Source: an uncultured bacterium (GTDB lineage: Bacteria; CSSED10-310; CAZUFC01). Taken from it: a stretch of DNA of 27,784 nucleotides. Each line of letters begins with the position of its first letter. The stretch's first letter is position 1. Positions 20,801-27,724 of the stretch are shown here, one piece after another. A model generated the notes under the pieces. The model was not told the DNA's origin. It made no database searches and saw only the letters and a list, made by a program, of their open reading frames with translations. The position numbers and the translations under genes were made by a program. The stretch covers positions 1 to 27,784 of the forward strand of contig CAZUFC010000106.1 of NCBI GenBank assembly GCA_964619725.1, given 5' to 3'.

Positions 20801-23493
20801 CCCCTTACAGTTTTATTCGCCGAGTTGATGCTTTGAGCGGTATTGCTCGTGACGCTATTCTGAACCATGTAGGCTGAACCGGCGGCAGCGATGAATACGC
20901 CGCCTCCGCGAGCGACTGTCGAATAAGTCAGATTCCATGCTATCGTGTTGTCGTGCAAAGTGATCTCATAATCTGTCGCGCCGACGGCAACGCCGCCGCC
21001 CGCATAATCCGAGCTGTTATGATTGATGCTGTTGCCGCTTACATACATGTTGCGGCCGGACCCGCAATATATGCCGCCGCCGTAGGACGAACTGCCGGTG
21101 ACCGTATTGTATTCTATCTCATTGCCGTTGATGAAAATGTCCATCCCTTCGGCATAAATGCCGCCGCCTAAGGCCAGATTAGGCAAAGAGGGACTCCCTT
21201 CAGCCGTATTGGCGGTTATCCGGTTATCAGAAATAGTCACATTGTTCCCGCGGCTTATATGAATGCCGCCCCCGTAATCGCCCCGGCCGTTTCTGATTAC
21301 GAAACCGTCTACCGTTACATTGGATACTCCGCTGATCCTTACGCACGGATTCCGCGCCATACCGTCTATTGTCGTCAAATAAACTTCAGGGTCCCTGACA
21401 CCTCCGCCATGCGCATATCCGCCGTAAAGCCTGACATTATCCAACGGAACTATGTTTTCCTCATACGTCCAGGTCGCTACATGAATGTTTCCGCCTCCGG
21501 CAGCCGATGCCGCTTCAACAGCTACCCTGATCGTCGCCATCCCAGTCCCCCAGCTCAGACCGTCGTTTTCGTCATTGCCCGTCTGTCCGTCCACATAATA
21601 ATCGTTCGCCGGCGTCGGAACAGGCGTTACGCTTCCCCCCGGCGTCGCATATACCGTCGGCGTCGGATTCTCCGATTCCGTCTCATCCGCTCCTATGTCA
21701 GGAATGCCGTAATTCCACGGCCTGGCCTGACCGTCTACGTCATGGTCCGGGATACCGTCAAAACTGCCCCGGTCAACGCAACAGGAATTTGAATGTATGT
21801 GATAATCGCCCATTCCTTTGAAAAGAGGATCACAAGGCGGATTCAAATTGCCCTCGCCCTCATCGCCGTTCTGAACGTTGCTGTACGTCGCCGTACACTC
21901 ATACAGATCGTCGCCGTTGCCCCATAATATGCAGTTCCGTACCGTCGGAGCCCCGCCGGTCCTGTATATGCCCCGGTTCTCATTATAAGCTATCGTGTTG
22001 TTGATCATCTGAGAACTCGTATCTTGTAAAAATATTCCGTCGCCGTAATTCTCGGCTACTATGCAATTGTACGCGTTTATCGTTGAATCGTTGATGTAAA
22101 GACCGGCGCCGTAAGTCCCGGTATTGGGCGATGAAATGGCTGAGTTGCCCTTAATTTCCAATCCGTCCAGCTCCGTTACGGTTCCGGTTCCCCATATCGC
22201 CAGGCCGCCGCCGCCCGTATATGCATAATCATAGCTGCCGTCGCCTACTCCGTAAGCCTGAGCCAAGTTATCATATATTTTCACTTCAAAGCCTATCGTT
22301 ACGTCAGCGCCCGTCGAAACGGCCACAGCCCCTCCATAACCATTTCCGTACCCTCGTCCATGATATGCCGTATCACGACCATAACCGTATGCCAGATTCC
22401 TCTCAAACAAGTCTCCCGTCAATTCCACTACGCTTCCGCCCGAACAGTACAACGCTCCTCCGTATCCGTACGCATAGCCCCTGCGATCGGAACTCGTATT
22501 ACGACTGTCCGCTTTCGCCGTATTTTCTGTGAACGAATTATTCGATAAAGTCAGAACACAGCCGTCATCAGCAAAGACACAGCCGCCGTAAGCATACTTC
22601 TGCTTGCTCCCGCCATAACCCCCGCTGTGATAAGAATATGCGAGATTCCCCGTAAAAACGTTTTCCGTTAATATCAGTTCCCCGGCGCTGTAAACGGCCC
22701 CGCCGTAAGCTACGCTCCCGTGCGATCCCGTCGAATAAGCCATGTTCCCGCTTACAGCGCTTCCGCTTATCTCAACTATGCTCGTCCCGTCTATGTTCAA
22801 AGCGCCGCCGTACGCCGATGAAGCCGTGCTCTCATTGTTGTCTATTAAACAATCCGTTATCTCCACTTCAGAATCATCAATCTTTATGCCGGCGCCTCCC
22901 GATGACCCGGAACACGTGTTTCCCTGAATCACGCAACCGCTGAACACCACACTCGAACTTACACAACAGGCTCCGCCTCCGGATGTCGTCGCAGCATTCT
23001 GCGTTATCAGACAATCCGATATCGTCACCGACTCGCTTAAATTACACGTCAACCCCGCGCCGCTTGCAGCAGCCCCGTTGCGTATCGTGAATCCGTCTAT
23101 GCCCGCTCCCGTCAAAGCGTCTATCGTTACCGATGTTCCCGATGCCGATCCGTCAATGACCGTCGTGTATATCGACGGGGCCCGCTCTCCCCCTCCAGAA
23201 GGATATCCGCCTAAAACCGACATGCCATCCCACGCAAGACTTACCTGCTCGTAATAATATCCCTGCGCTGCATGTACCGTGCACCCGGCGCTTCCCGCAT
23301 CTATACCCGCCTGGATCGTCGCCTTCGCCGTTCCCCAGCTTAATCCGTCGTTTAAATCGTCGCCGAACTCCTGGTCTACATAATAATCCGTCTGTCCTTG
23401 CACCGCTCCCGTCATGACCGCTATGCTCAAGATTACTATTATCGCTGCCGATATTCCTTTGACTGCTCTTGATTTACAACTGCTCCCCTTCAT
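14830..23493 (-). CDS. Giant secreted protein: 4 right-handed parallel beta-helix modules + HxNHL module + dockerin-like domain + C-terminal cohesin-like domain
   Basis: 2887 aa with an AAGGAGG RBS (23501-23507) and a signal peptide. Four ~570-610-aa modules (23388-21682, 21603-19780, 19695-17872, 17787-15952) each begin [YF]YVD...G.D.NDGL.W.T (DUF1565-like), contain GG[GA]I[YF]/I..N coils and end in D.DG..RP...D[IM]GADE (choice-of-anchor-Q-like). Paired Ca-loop motifs lie at 15561-15394 and a cohesin-like tail at ~15324-14900. Confidence 0.85.
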   Translation of the reverse strand: MKGSSCKSRAVKGISAAIIVILSIAVMTGAVQGQTDYYVDQEFGDDLNDGLSWGTAKATIQAGIDAGSAGCTVHAAQGYYYEQVSLAWDGMSVLGGYPSGGGERAPSIYTTVIDGSASGTSVTIDALTGAGIDGFTIRNGAAASGAGLTCNLSESVTISDCLITQNAATTSGGGACCVSSSVVFSGCVIQGNTCSGSSGGAGIKIDDSEVEITDCLIDNNESTASSAYGGALNIDGTSIVEISGSAVSGNMAYSTGSHGSVAYGGAVYSAGELILTENVFTGNLAYSYHSGGYGGSKQKYAYGGCVFADDGCVLTLSNNSFTENTAKADSRNTSSDRRGYAYGYGGALYCSGGSVVELTGDLFERNLAYGYGRDTAYHGRGYGNGYGGAVAVSTGADVTIGFEVKIYDNLAQAYGVGDGSYDYAYTGGGGLAIWGTGTVTELDGLEIKGNSAISSPNTGTYGAGLYINDSTINAYNCIVAENYGDGIFLQDTSSQMINNTIAYNENRGIYRTGGAPTVRNCILWGNGDDLYECTATYSNVQNGDEGEGNLNPPCDPLFKGMGDYHIHSNSCCVDRGSFDGIPDHDVDGQARPWNYGIPDIGADETESENPTPTVYATPGGSVTPVPTPANDYYVDGQTGNDENDGLSWGTGMATIRVAVEAASAAGGGNIHVATWTYEENIVPLDNVRLYGGYAHGGGVRDPEVYLTTIDGMARNPCVRISGVSNVTVDGFVIRNGRGDYGGGIHISRGNNVTISDNRITANTAEGSPSLPNLALGGGIYAEGMDIFINGNEIEYNTVTGSSSYGGGIYCGSGRNMYVSGNSINHNSSDYAGGGVAVGATDYEITLHDNTIAWNLTYSTVARGGGVFIAAAGSAYMVQNSVTSNTAQSINSANKTVRGGGIYCEGSLTSNENVISENVCYSYYSGGYGAYLYEYAYGGGLYAVDGCTVNSVDDVFQSNLAKGDARNGSSDERGYGYGYGGGLFCEGGSAVTVTAGTISGNTAYAYGQDTAYHGRGYAYAYGGGVYCCDLSSVFINGKTAIEENICQCSSAGNSSRGSYARGGGIYISGAGAEIDLDGIIVRGNSISASPASQLYGYGIYINAAQVHLYNSITAEHPGTGIYLNECDPIIINDTIVYNDGYGIQGVGGSAPIIRNCILWANTDDLEAVSATYSNIQGGDSGEGNLNPPCDPLFLGGGDYHISGYSCCVDRGSYDGIRDHDLDGDSRPYNAGIPDIGADEVQGVNATPTAYVTPAGTATPGPSPTPAMDFYVDGVYGNDANDGLTWETAKASISAAIELASTYGGGNVHVASDVYYENLIGSDDLSLLGGYPAGGGSRDPDAYLTVIDGGLQDVVITIAGMTNVEIDGFMITNGEGEYSGGIHVSRSSDVKISGNIITTNACYGDPGSKNLALGAGIYLEGVNLDVANNEISFNVAYGGGAYGGGVYCSSGYDLSITGNTISYNTSGYAGGGLGIACSESAASIKGNLIENNRSIGSASRGGALYIAPEGRAFLENNEIKSNQARIEGYSGKTVMGGAIFCEGELTLVGNEITDNWAYNYYSGGYGAYLYEYAFGGGIYFSEGCAAESEGNIFDGNTAYSRAANGSSDQRAYAYGHGGCIYCAAGSAVVMMGDTIKNSTAYGYGSDTAYHGRGYGYAYGGGIKCDDEAVATFGGGMIIENCLAQAAGAGNSGEASYARGGGIHIYGPAGDVELNGVLVRNNNLSASPNNVSAGYGIYVQESPAKVYNSFVVEHPSTGIYLYGGAPEIINDTIAYNDGYGIQGTEGAAPIIRNCILWGNYDDLEAVTASYSNVQAGDAGEGNLDPPCNPLFIGEGDYHIRPNSCCIDRGLNTLAPDIDFDGEARPYNDLVVDIGADETQSVNPTPGPSITPATPTPVGTYSPTPADHYYVDKVNGDDSNDGLTWTTAKKSISAALVSASGNTAVHVAKAVYHENFELYDDVTLMGGYPVGGGGRNFDANVTIIDGGHRNSVIMINGASNITIDGFTIKHGEQNAGAGIYCEFGEHIAVKNCVFDSNTTGSTGEYPRGAGVYFGNCFDVWVINSLFLDNTVVGSSTGYGAGMHLESSAVVTVEDSIFHGNSSSYAAGAISCFNLDETTVISGCTFDSNLATNAWTGGAAAGGAIFCNQHASPQIIDNMFTENWAYTTGRGSSGAGGALYLQGQSYVTGNIFEANQARVYCSQSYNGYVQAYGYGGAVFTDTTSGPTITYNHFTENWSYARGQNGSSDDRGYGYSYGGALYCGSQEGTTTISHCTIENNTAYSYGRDTAYHGRGYGRSYGGAIYINDQTNTTIHENTLIQSNTATANAAGNSSQDARAYGGGIFIDDDVSSLTLDRLRIDGNNATASPNTWSGGDAIYSSSDDTIIITNNFITNNSGQGIYWATGGLEVQFVNNTLANNGSYGIYKDSGTLEILNCILWNNGDDLSGVTATYSNIEDGDAGEGNISADPEFVGQGDFHLMETSPCIGTALNAAEPDTLLEDYDGNSRPQDTDYDMGADEFAGAPMINLTLYLDGYYGSGVQETTDIDLELRYGSTPDTATTVLASYEEVALDEYGGTGDIELPGCPGGDLYLAVSHMNHLSVITDTPLTVAYSSTTIINLSEPDDPNFVSCYGIEPLGEEPDDTISARGGNANGDAYVNASGDFVIWLAANGSVPGSGNWDERADFNADEAVNSADYSEWLNQNGRISYVPDAARSGNQPRNDDPAARFGYRMVKVGEDNESYAEVEVFLTGKAREILEAIDAALAYNSVYLDKPVITADFLNSGMTDFSLGVEAPELADTFHYCRGKMPGQTGVELKEGRNALYRLRFPIKATLHSDSVPSMDSLIWFREGFVGAAFESSDEEESVVDVETTVSLKGDIFETKSGSIESAN
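15394..15561 (-). other. Dockerin-like duplicated Ca2+-binding loop-helix domain
   Basis: GNANGDAYVNASGDFVIW ... ADFNADEAVNSADYSEW: two segments matching the dockerin loop pattern [GA][DN]xNxDxxVNxxD followed by an amphipathic helix. The first loop has a one-residue insertion. Confidence 0.7.
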
Positions 23494-23729
23494 AAAGACT
23501 CCTCCTTGACTGAATTTTTTCCCGAAATCAAATAAATATTTTCTGTTTTTTTAAAATCCATTTATGTAAAAATTTTTTGCGCGCTGCATTAAACTTTTAA
23601 AAAATTATGCATATTTCTGTGAAATTCAACTTGAAAAATTTATAAATCATACATCTGACTTTTTTAGCGCAAGGCATTGCAATTAATTGCCGATTCTTTC
23701 GTAGTTCCGGTTTCCGGAAAATCACCAGC

Positions 23730-23892
23730 ATGACGAAGAGTCTCTGCTTTGAGAACATTGATGAAGTTTTACCGTCTGAACATCATCAGACTGCGAGGAT
23801 TCAGCCGTCGTCAGGCGGAGAGCCTGGAATTTGACGCTGAGAACACGAGGTTTCAAGGAAAACTCCTTCGCTGCTGACGAAAGTTCCGTCAT
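23730..23892 (-). ncRNA. Candidate structured leader RNA / sRNA upstream of the giant beta-helix gene
   Basis: GC-richer island in an AT-rich intergenic region with five nested or adjacent stems found by eye (23885-23892/23730-23737; 23857-23866/23763-23773; 23833-23840/23801-23809; 23822-23826/23812-23816; 23786-23791/23774-23779). It lies just downstream of a near-consensus promoter and matches no riboswitch consensus I recognise. Confidence 0.45.
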
Positions 23893-23916
23893 TTAGGTAC
23901 GCTTAGGACGTATCTG

Positions 23917-23944
23917 ATTATATTGATAAAAAATTGAAAGTCAA
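23917..23944 (-). promoter_or_regulatory. Near-consensus sigma70 promoter
   Basis: Minus strand reads TTGACT-N16-TATAAT. Predicted start is ~23910, about 415 nt upstream of the ATG at 23493. Confidence 0.65.
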
Positions 23945-23995
23945 AAGAGAGGCGGAAAATTTTTTTCGCTGAAATGTATAGGAGAAGGTCGCCGA

Positions 23996-24643
23996 TTAAT
24001 CAATGCGAAATGGAAGGGCAAACCTTAACAGGAAGAAGAAAAGCATTAAAAGGAGGAAGCCTCCTGCCGGTGAAAAAGCGGGAACGGGAGCGGCAGTGGG
24101 GACAGGCGTAGGCGTTTGGGTTTGTACCGGCGTAGGAGAATTCAATGAGGCGACGTTATAATTTCCCTCGGTGATCTGCGTAGGATCGAGAATTTCTCCG
24201 TATTGATCGCTGAAGGTAATAAAATTTTGAGTAAAAGTAATGGCGGTTTGTCCCATAACAGGATTAGATTTCACCGGAAAAGTAATAGAGTAGACATAAT
24301 AATCCGTTTCATCGAAGACTGTCCATCCGGTATCGCTTGGCATAGCTATGCGTTCGTAATGAAAACTGTCGGGGTGTCCCGTCCAACTGTTTCCCATAGA
24401 GAAATCCGACATTTCCTCTTCGGTAATGAAATGTTGCGTAACCGAAGGCTCGTCGAAAACCTGCGGATCAAAATCAAGGCAGGCATCCAAACCAGTAACC
24501 GTGGTATTCGTACCGGGAGAAAAAACTATAGTGATTTCGAGCTCTTCACCCGGATGAATAACGGCTTCAGGGGGCATAATCATGACAGCCCCCGTTTCGA
24601 TCATCGTAGATAATATAAAGAACCATAAAATTGCCACGATCAA
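23996..24643 (-). CDS. Single cohesin-like domain protein with Pro/Thr linker and IPTL-CTERM-like anchor
   Basis: ~215 aa. The GGAGGA RBS at 24645-24650 is better spaced for GTG at 24637 than for TTG at 24643. Hydrophobic N-terminus, one domain clearly homologous to the three repeats of 11518-14811 (GLDACLDFDPQVFDEP...DFSMGNSW..HPDSFHY...GW...VYSITFPVK...GQTAITF), and a C-terminus VPAFSPAGG + hydrophobic helix + Arg residues. Confidence 0.8.
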   Translation of the reverse strand: MIVAILWFFILSTMIETGAVMIMPPEAVIHPGEELEITIVFSPGTNTTVTGLDACLDFDPQVFDEPSVTQHFITEEEMSDFSMGNSWTGHPDSFHYERIAMPSDTGWTVFDETDYYVYSITFPVKSNPVMGQTAITFTQNFITFSDQYGEILDPTQITEGNYNVASLNSPTPVQTQTPTPVPTAAPVPAFSPAGGFLLLMLFFFLLRFALPFRID

Positions 24644-24842
24644 ATCCTCCGATTAATGTTTTCCGAGATGCGATCACTCCTCAATCGTTCTCCATTTAAT
24701 GATACTGATACGCGGGTATAAATCAATATTATCTGATTTTTTTCCTCGTTGTTTCGTAATTTTGCTTTACTTTTAATCTTTTGTATTATTGAATCAAATT
24801 TGAGACCGGCCTTGCGGCCATAGTTTTGTATTGAGGGCAGAA

Positions 24843-26981
24843 ATGATGTCGAACACAAAGATCATAAAACCCGGAAAAAATTGCCTGAGTTATGAGCCGG
24901 CGACGCGGATAAAATTTTTGATCGATGCGGCGTCTTATTACAGAACTTTTTATGAAGCGGTCAGCAGGGCCGAGCGGTCGGTATTGATCGTGGGCTGGGA
25001 CATTCACAGCAGACTGGAACTGTTGAGGGATGATGAGCGCCATAAATTTCCCGTGGTTTTGGGTGATTTCCTCAATGCCGTAGTTGAAGAGCGGCCAGAC
25101 CTTCAGATACACATTTTAAACTGGGATTTTTCTGTTTTATATATAATGGAAAGAGAGTCATTTCCCACGTATCGACTGGAATGGAAATCGCACGAGCGCA
25201 TACATTTCAGAATGGACGGCCAACTTCCTTTCGGGGCATCTCATCATCAGAAGATAGTCGTAGTGGACGATAAGGTAGCTTTTACGGGAGGACTTGATCT
25301 TGCGATTCATCGATGGGACACCAGCGCCCACCGTCCGGAAGATGAAAGGAGGAAAGACCCTAAAGGCGAACATTTTACTCCCTATCATGATGTGCAGATG
25401 ATGGTTGAAGGACCGGCGGCCAAAGCTTTGGGCGACTTGATACGCTCCAGGTGGAAACGTTCGGCAGGAAAAAAGATACCTGAGCCGGAAACCGACCCGG
25501 AAATTACTCCATGGCCAGAAAACATGTCCCCTGATATTCAGAACCACCATGTCGCCATATCACGAAGTTACGCGGAATGGAGAGACTATCCCGCGGTTCA
25601 CGAAGTAAAACGATTGCATCTCGATGCTCTCGCTGCTGCAGAAAAGTTGGTTTACATCGAAAATCAATATCTTACTTCAGCCTCCATCAGCGACGCCCTG
25701 GCCGAATCCTTAAGCCGGAAGGAGGGTCCGCAAATCATCATGGTGCTTCCGAAGCAGAGTTCGGGTTGGATGGAGCAAAGCACCATGGACGTTCTTCGTT
25801 CAAGATTGTTGACGAAACTGAGGAATTCCGACGCATTCAGCAGACTTCACGTCTATTATCCCGCGGTGCTCAACGATCAGGAGATAAAAGTCCATGTACA
25901 TGCCAAGGTCATGATCGTGGATGATATATTCGTCAAAGTCGGGTCGTCGAATCTGAGCAACCGATCCATGGGGCTGGATTCCGAATGCGATCTGGCAATG
26001 GAATTCCCCAACCTGAACAACCAGGAAAAAAACGGAAGCGCTCCTGTCGCCGAATTCAGAAATAAACTTATGGCCCATCACCTGGGTATGTCCGTCGCTG
26101 AATTCAAAGAAGCCGCCGACAAGGAGGAATCACTCATTGAAGTAATCCGAAACAATAAAAATAAGCATAAGTTGCTGCCGCTGGACGGAAAAGTCGAAAA
26201 ATGGAGGGATGATCTGGTGCCGGTATCAGCGGTTATAGACTCAGAAAATCCCATTCAACCCGATCAACTTTTGAAGCGTTTTTTCAACGATTTCAGCGCC
26301 GACATATCCAGAAAAAAACCTATTCTTCGCATTATTATTATGGCTTCATTTTTAATATTCCTCTCCGCTGTATGGAGATGGACCCCGCTGTATGAGCTGA
26401 TCACTATAGACCGGCTTTCCGAATGGGCCGATTCCGTTCAGGGCAATAACGTCAATCTTCTTATCGCTCTTGCCGTCCTGACAGTAGGGAGCATCCTTAT
26501 GCTTCCCTTCACTATGCTTGCAGTGGGAGTAACCCTTATCTTCGGACCGGTTTCCGGTTTTCTCTGCGCTATGCTCGGCTCTTTCCTGTCATGCTCCGCC
26601 ACATTCTTCATCGGTCGTTATATATTAAGCAAGGACATTGAACATCTTCTGGGAAAAAGCTATCAAAAACTGAAACCTCATCTGCAAAATAAAGGCATCT
26701 GGGCAGTGATGCTGTTCCGCAACGTCCCCATAGCGCCGTTTACCGTTTTCAATCTGGCAGCCGGTTCTCTCAATATCCCATACAGCGCATTCATCCTGGG
26801 TTCTCTCATAGGCCTGACCCCCGGAATTTTCGTCCTCTCATTCTACACCGACCAGGTCATTCAGACTCTGAAAAATCCCAACCTGACGAAAATAAGCATA
26901 ACCGTAACAGTCCTGATCGTGCTGGTAATAGCAGGTTTCTTCAGCCGCAAATTCCTGCGCAGTAAAAAAATGAAGGATTAA
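24843..26981 (+). CDS. Phospholipase D-family protein fused to a C-terminal VTT/SNARE-associated (DedA/TVP38) membrane domain
   Basis: Two HKD motifs (HHQKIVVVDDKVAFTGGLD; HVHAKVMIVDDIFVKVGSSNL) plus YHDVQ and YIENQY motifs. The C-terminal multi-TM domain has FFIGR and FRNVPIAPFTVFNLAAG. ATG at 24843/24846 follows GAGGG. Confidence 0.92.
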   Translation: MMSNTKIIKPGKNCLSYEPATRIKFLIDAASYYRTFYEAVSRAERSVLIVGWDIHSRLELLRDDERHKFPVVLGDFLNAVVEERPDLQIHILNWDFSVLYIMERESFPTYRLEWKSHERIHFRMDGQLPFGASHHQKIVVVDDKVAFTGGLDLAIHRWDTSAHRPEDERRKDPKGEHFTPYHDVQMMVEGPAAKALGDLIRSRWKRSAGKKIPEPETDPEITPWPENMSPDIQNHHVAISRSYAEWRDYPAVHEVKRLHLDALAAAEKLVYIENQYLTSASISDALAESLSRKEGPQIIMVLPKQSSGWMEQSTMDVLRSRLLTKLRNSDAFSRLHVYYPAVLNDQEIKVHVHAKVMIVDDIFVKVGSSNLSNRSMGLDSECDLAMEFPNLNNQEKNGSAPVAEFRNKLMAHHLGMSVAEFKEAADKEESLIEVIRNNKNKHKLLPLDGKVEKWRDDLVPVSAVIDSENPIQPDQLLKRFFNDFSADISRKKPILRIIIMASFLIFLSAVWRWTPLYELITIDRLSEWADSVQGNNVNLLIALAVLTVGSILMLPFTMLAVGVTLIFGPVSGFLCAMLGSFLSCSATFFIGRYILSKDIEHLLGKSYQKLKPHLQNKGIWAVMLFRNVPIAPFTVFNLAAGSLNIPYSAFILGSLIGLTPGIFVLSFYTDQVIQTLKNPNLTKISITVTVLIVLVIAGFFSRKFLRSKKMKD

Positions 26982-27077
26982 ATCGGAAGAAGATAAGGCA
27001 AGAAGCTTGTCAGTCAATTTCCACTGGCGCTCGGCAATTATGAATTCTCGGGAGCTTTCGACCTGACCAATAACGCA

Positions 27078-27417
27078 AAACAGTCAATGGTCAATAACCA
27101 ATAGCCAATGGCCAATGAGTAACGGCATGCAATCATAGAACATTGACTATTGACCATTGGCGATTGACAATTCTGCGAAGCCGGACGAGGTTGACCTGAC
27201 CATACGGATAAAATGGCCAATGAGTAACCGGCTGCAATCGTTGAACATTGACTGTAGGTGGATTTCCCCTTGGTCTCGGAAGAAAAGCTACAGGAGGATG
27301 TCTTAAAGTCGGATTGGTTCCAACCTCAGGGCATATGTCGCTATTGGCGGTTGACAATTTTAAAACTTCAGACGTATCCAATCGGATTAATCCCGTATTA
27401 TGTCCAACGATCAAATG
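27078..27417. repeat. Intergenic dispersed element, copy 2 (inverted relative to 8870-9134, with ~90 bp extra internal sequence)
   Basis: The reverse complement of 27343-27417 matches 8870-8944 at 64/75 positions without gaps (manual count). The reverse complement of 27078-27252 matches ~8946-9134, including TTCGCAGAATTGTCAATCG and GCCGTTACTCATTGGCCATTGGCTATTG. Confidence 0.85.
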
Positions 27418-27502
27418 GAGTCAATGCTTTTTCAAACCGTTTGTCTGCTTGAAATGCCCATTGGAAAAACTCGCCGTTACATACGCTTGATGCAATAATT
27501 TT

Positions 27503-27724
27503 GACCCCGAAGGGGTCCCGACAGCAAAGCCCAGGGTTAAAGGAGCGAAACGACTGCAACCCTGGGTTGGAATGTGAAATATTACAACCCTGAAAGGGTT
27601 GAACAGAAAAACATCACCGAACAATTTCTTTTAAGGGCGAACTCGGGAGGCTTTTGGAGAAACAGGGCGTTGATTATGATGAAAAATGCCTCCGGGGTTG
27701 AAAATCTGTTCAACCCATTCAGGT
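27503..27724 (+). mobile_element. Internally deleted IS200/IS605-type (RAYT-like) element with REP-like palindromes
   Basis: Hairpins GACCCC-GAA-GGGGTC (27503-27517), AGCCCAGGGTT...AACCCTGGGTT (27528-27568) and CAACCCT-GAA-AGGGTTG (27585-27601), plus an inverted degenerate partner CTGTTCAACCCATTCAGG (~27706-27723), flank a transposase C-terminal fragment. Confidence 0.7.
27603..27701 (+). pseudogene. C-terminal remnant of an IS200-like Y1 transposase (TnpA/RAYT)
   Basis: My own translation of a frame not in the ORF track gives TEKHHRTISFKGELGRLLEKQGVDYDEKCLRG*. This resembles the typical ...QxEHHxxxSFxEExxxLLxxxGVxYDExYLW C-terminus of this transposase group. No start codon or HUH motif remains. 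Confidence 0.7.

Noticed and set aside
23730-23892. Assignment of the leader to a glycine or c-di-AMP riboswitch, 6S RNA or hammerhead ribozyme
   Set aside because: Only short partial matches are present (GCGAAGGAG, GCUGAAUCC, CUGACGA) and the remaining conserved cores are missing, so it is left as an unassigned candidate.
11518-24643. Calling the cluster a true cellulosome
   Set aside because: No recognisable cellulase/hemicellulase catalytic domain or CBM3 is present. Only the cohesin/dockerin-like architecture is supported.
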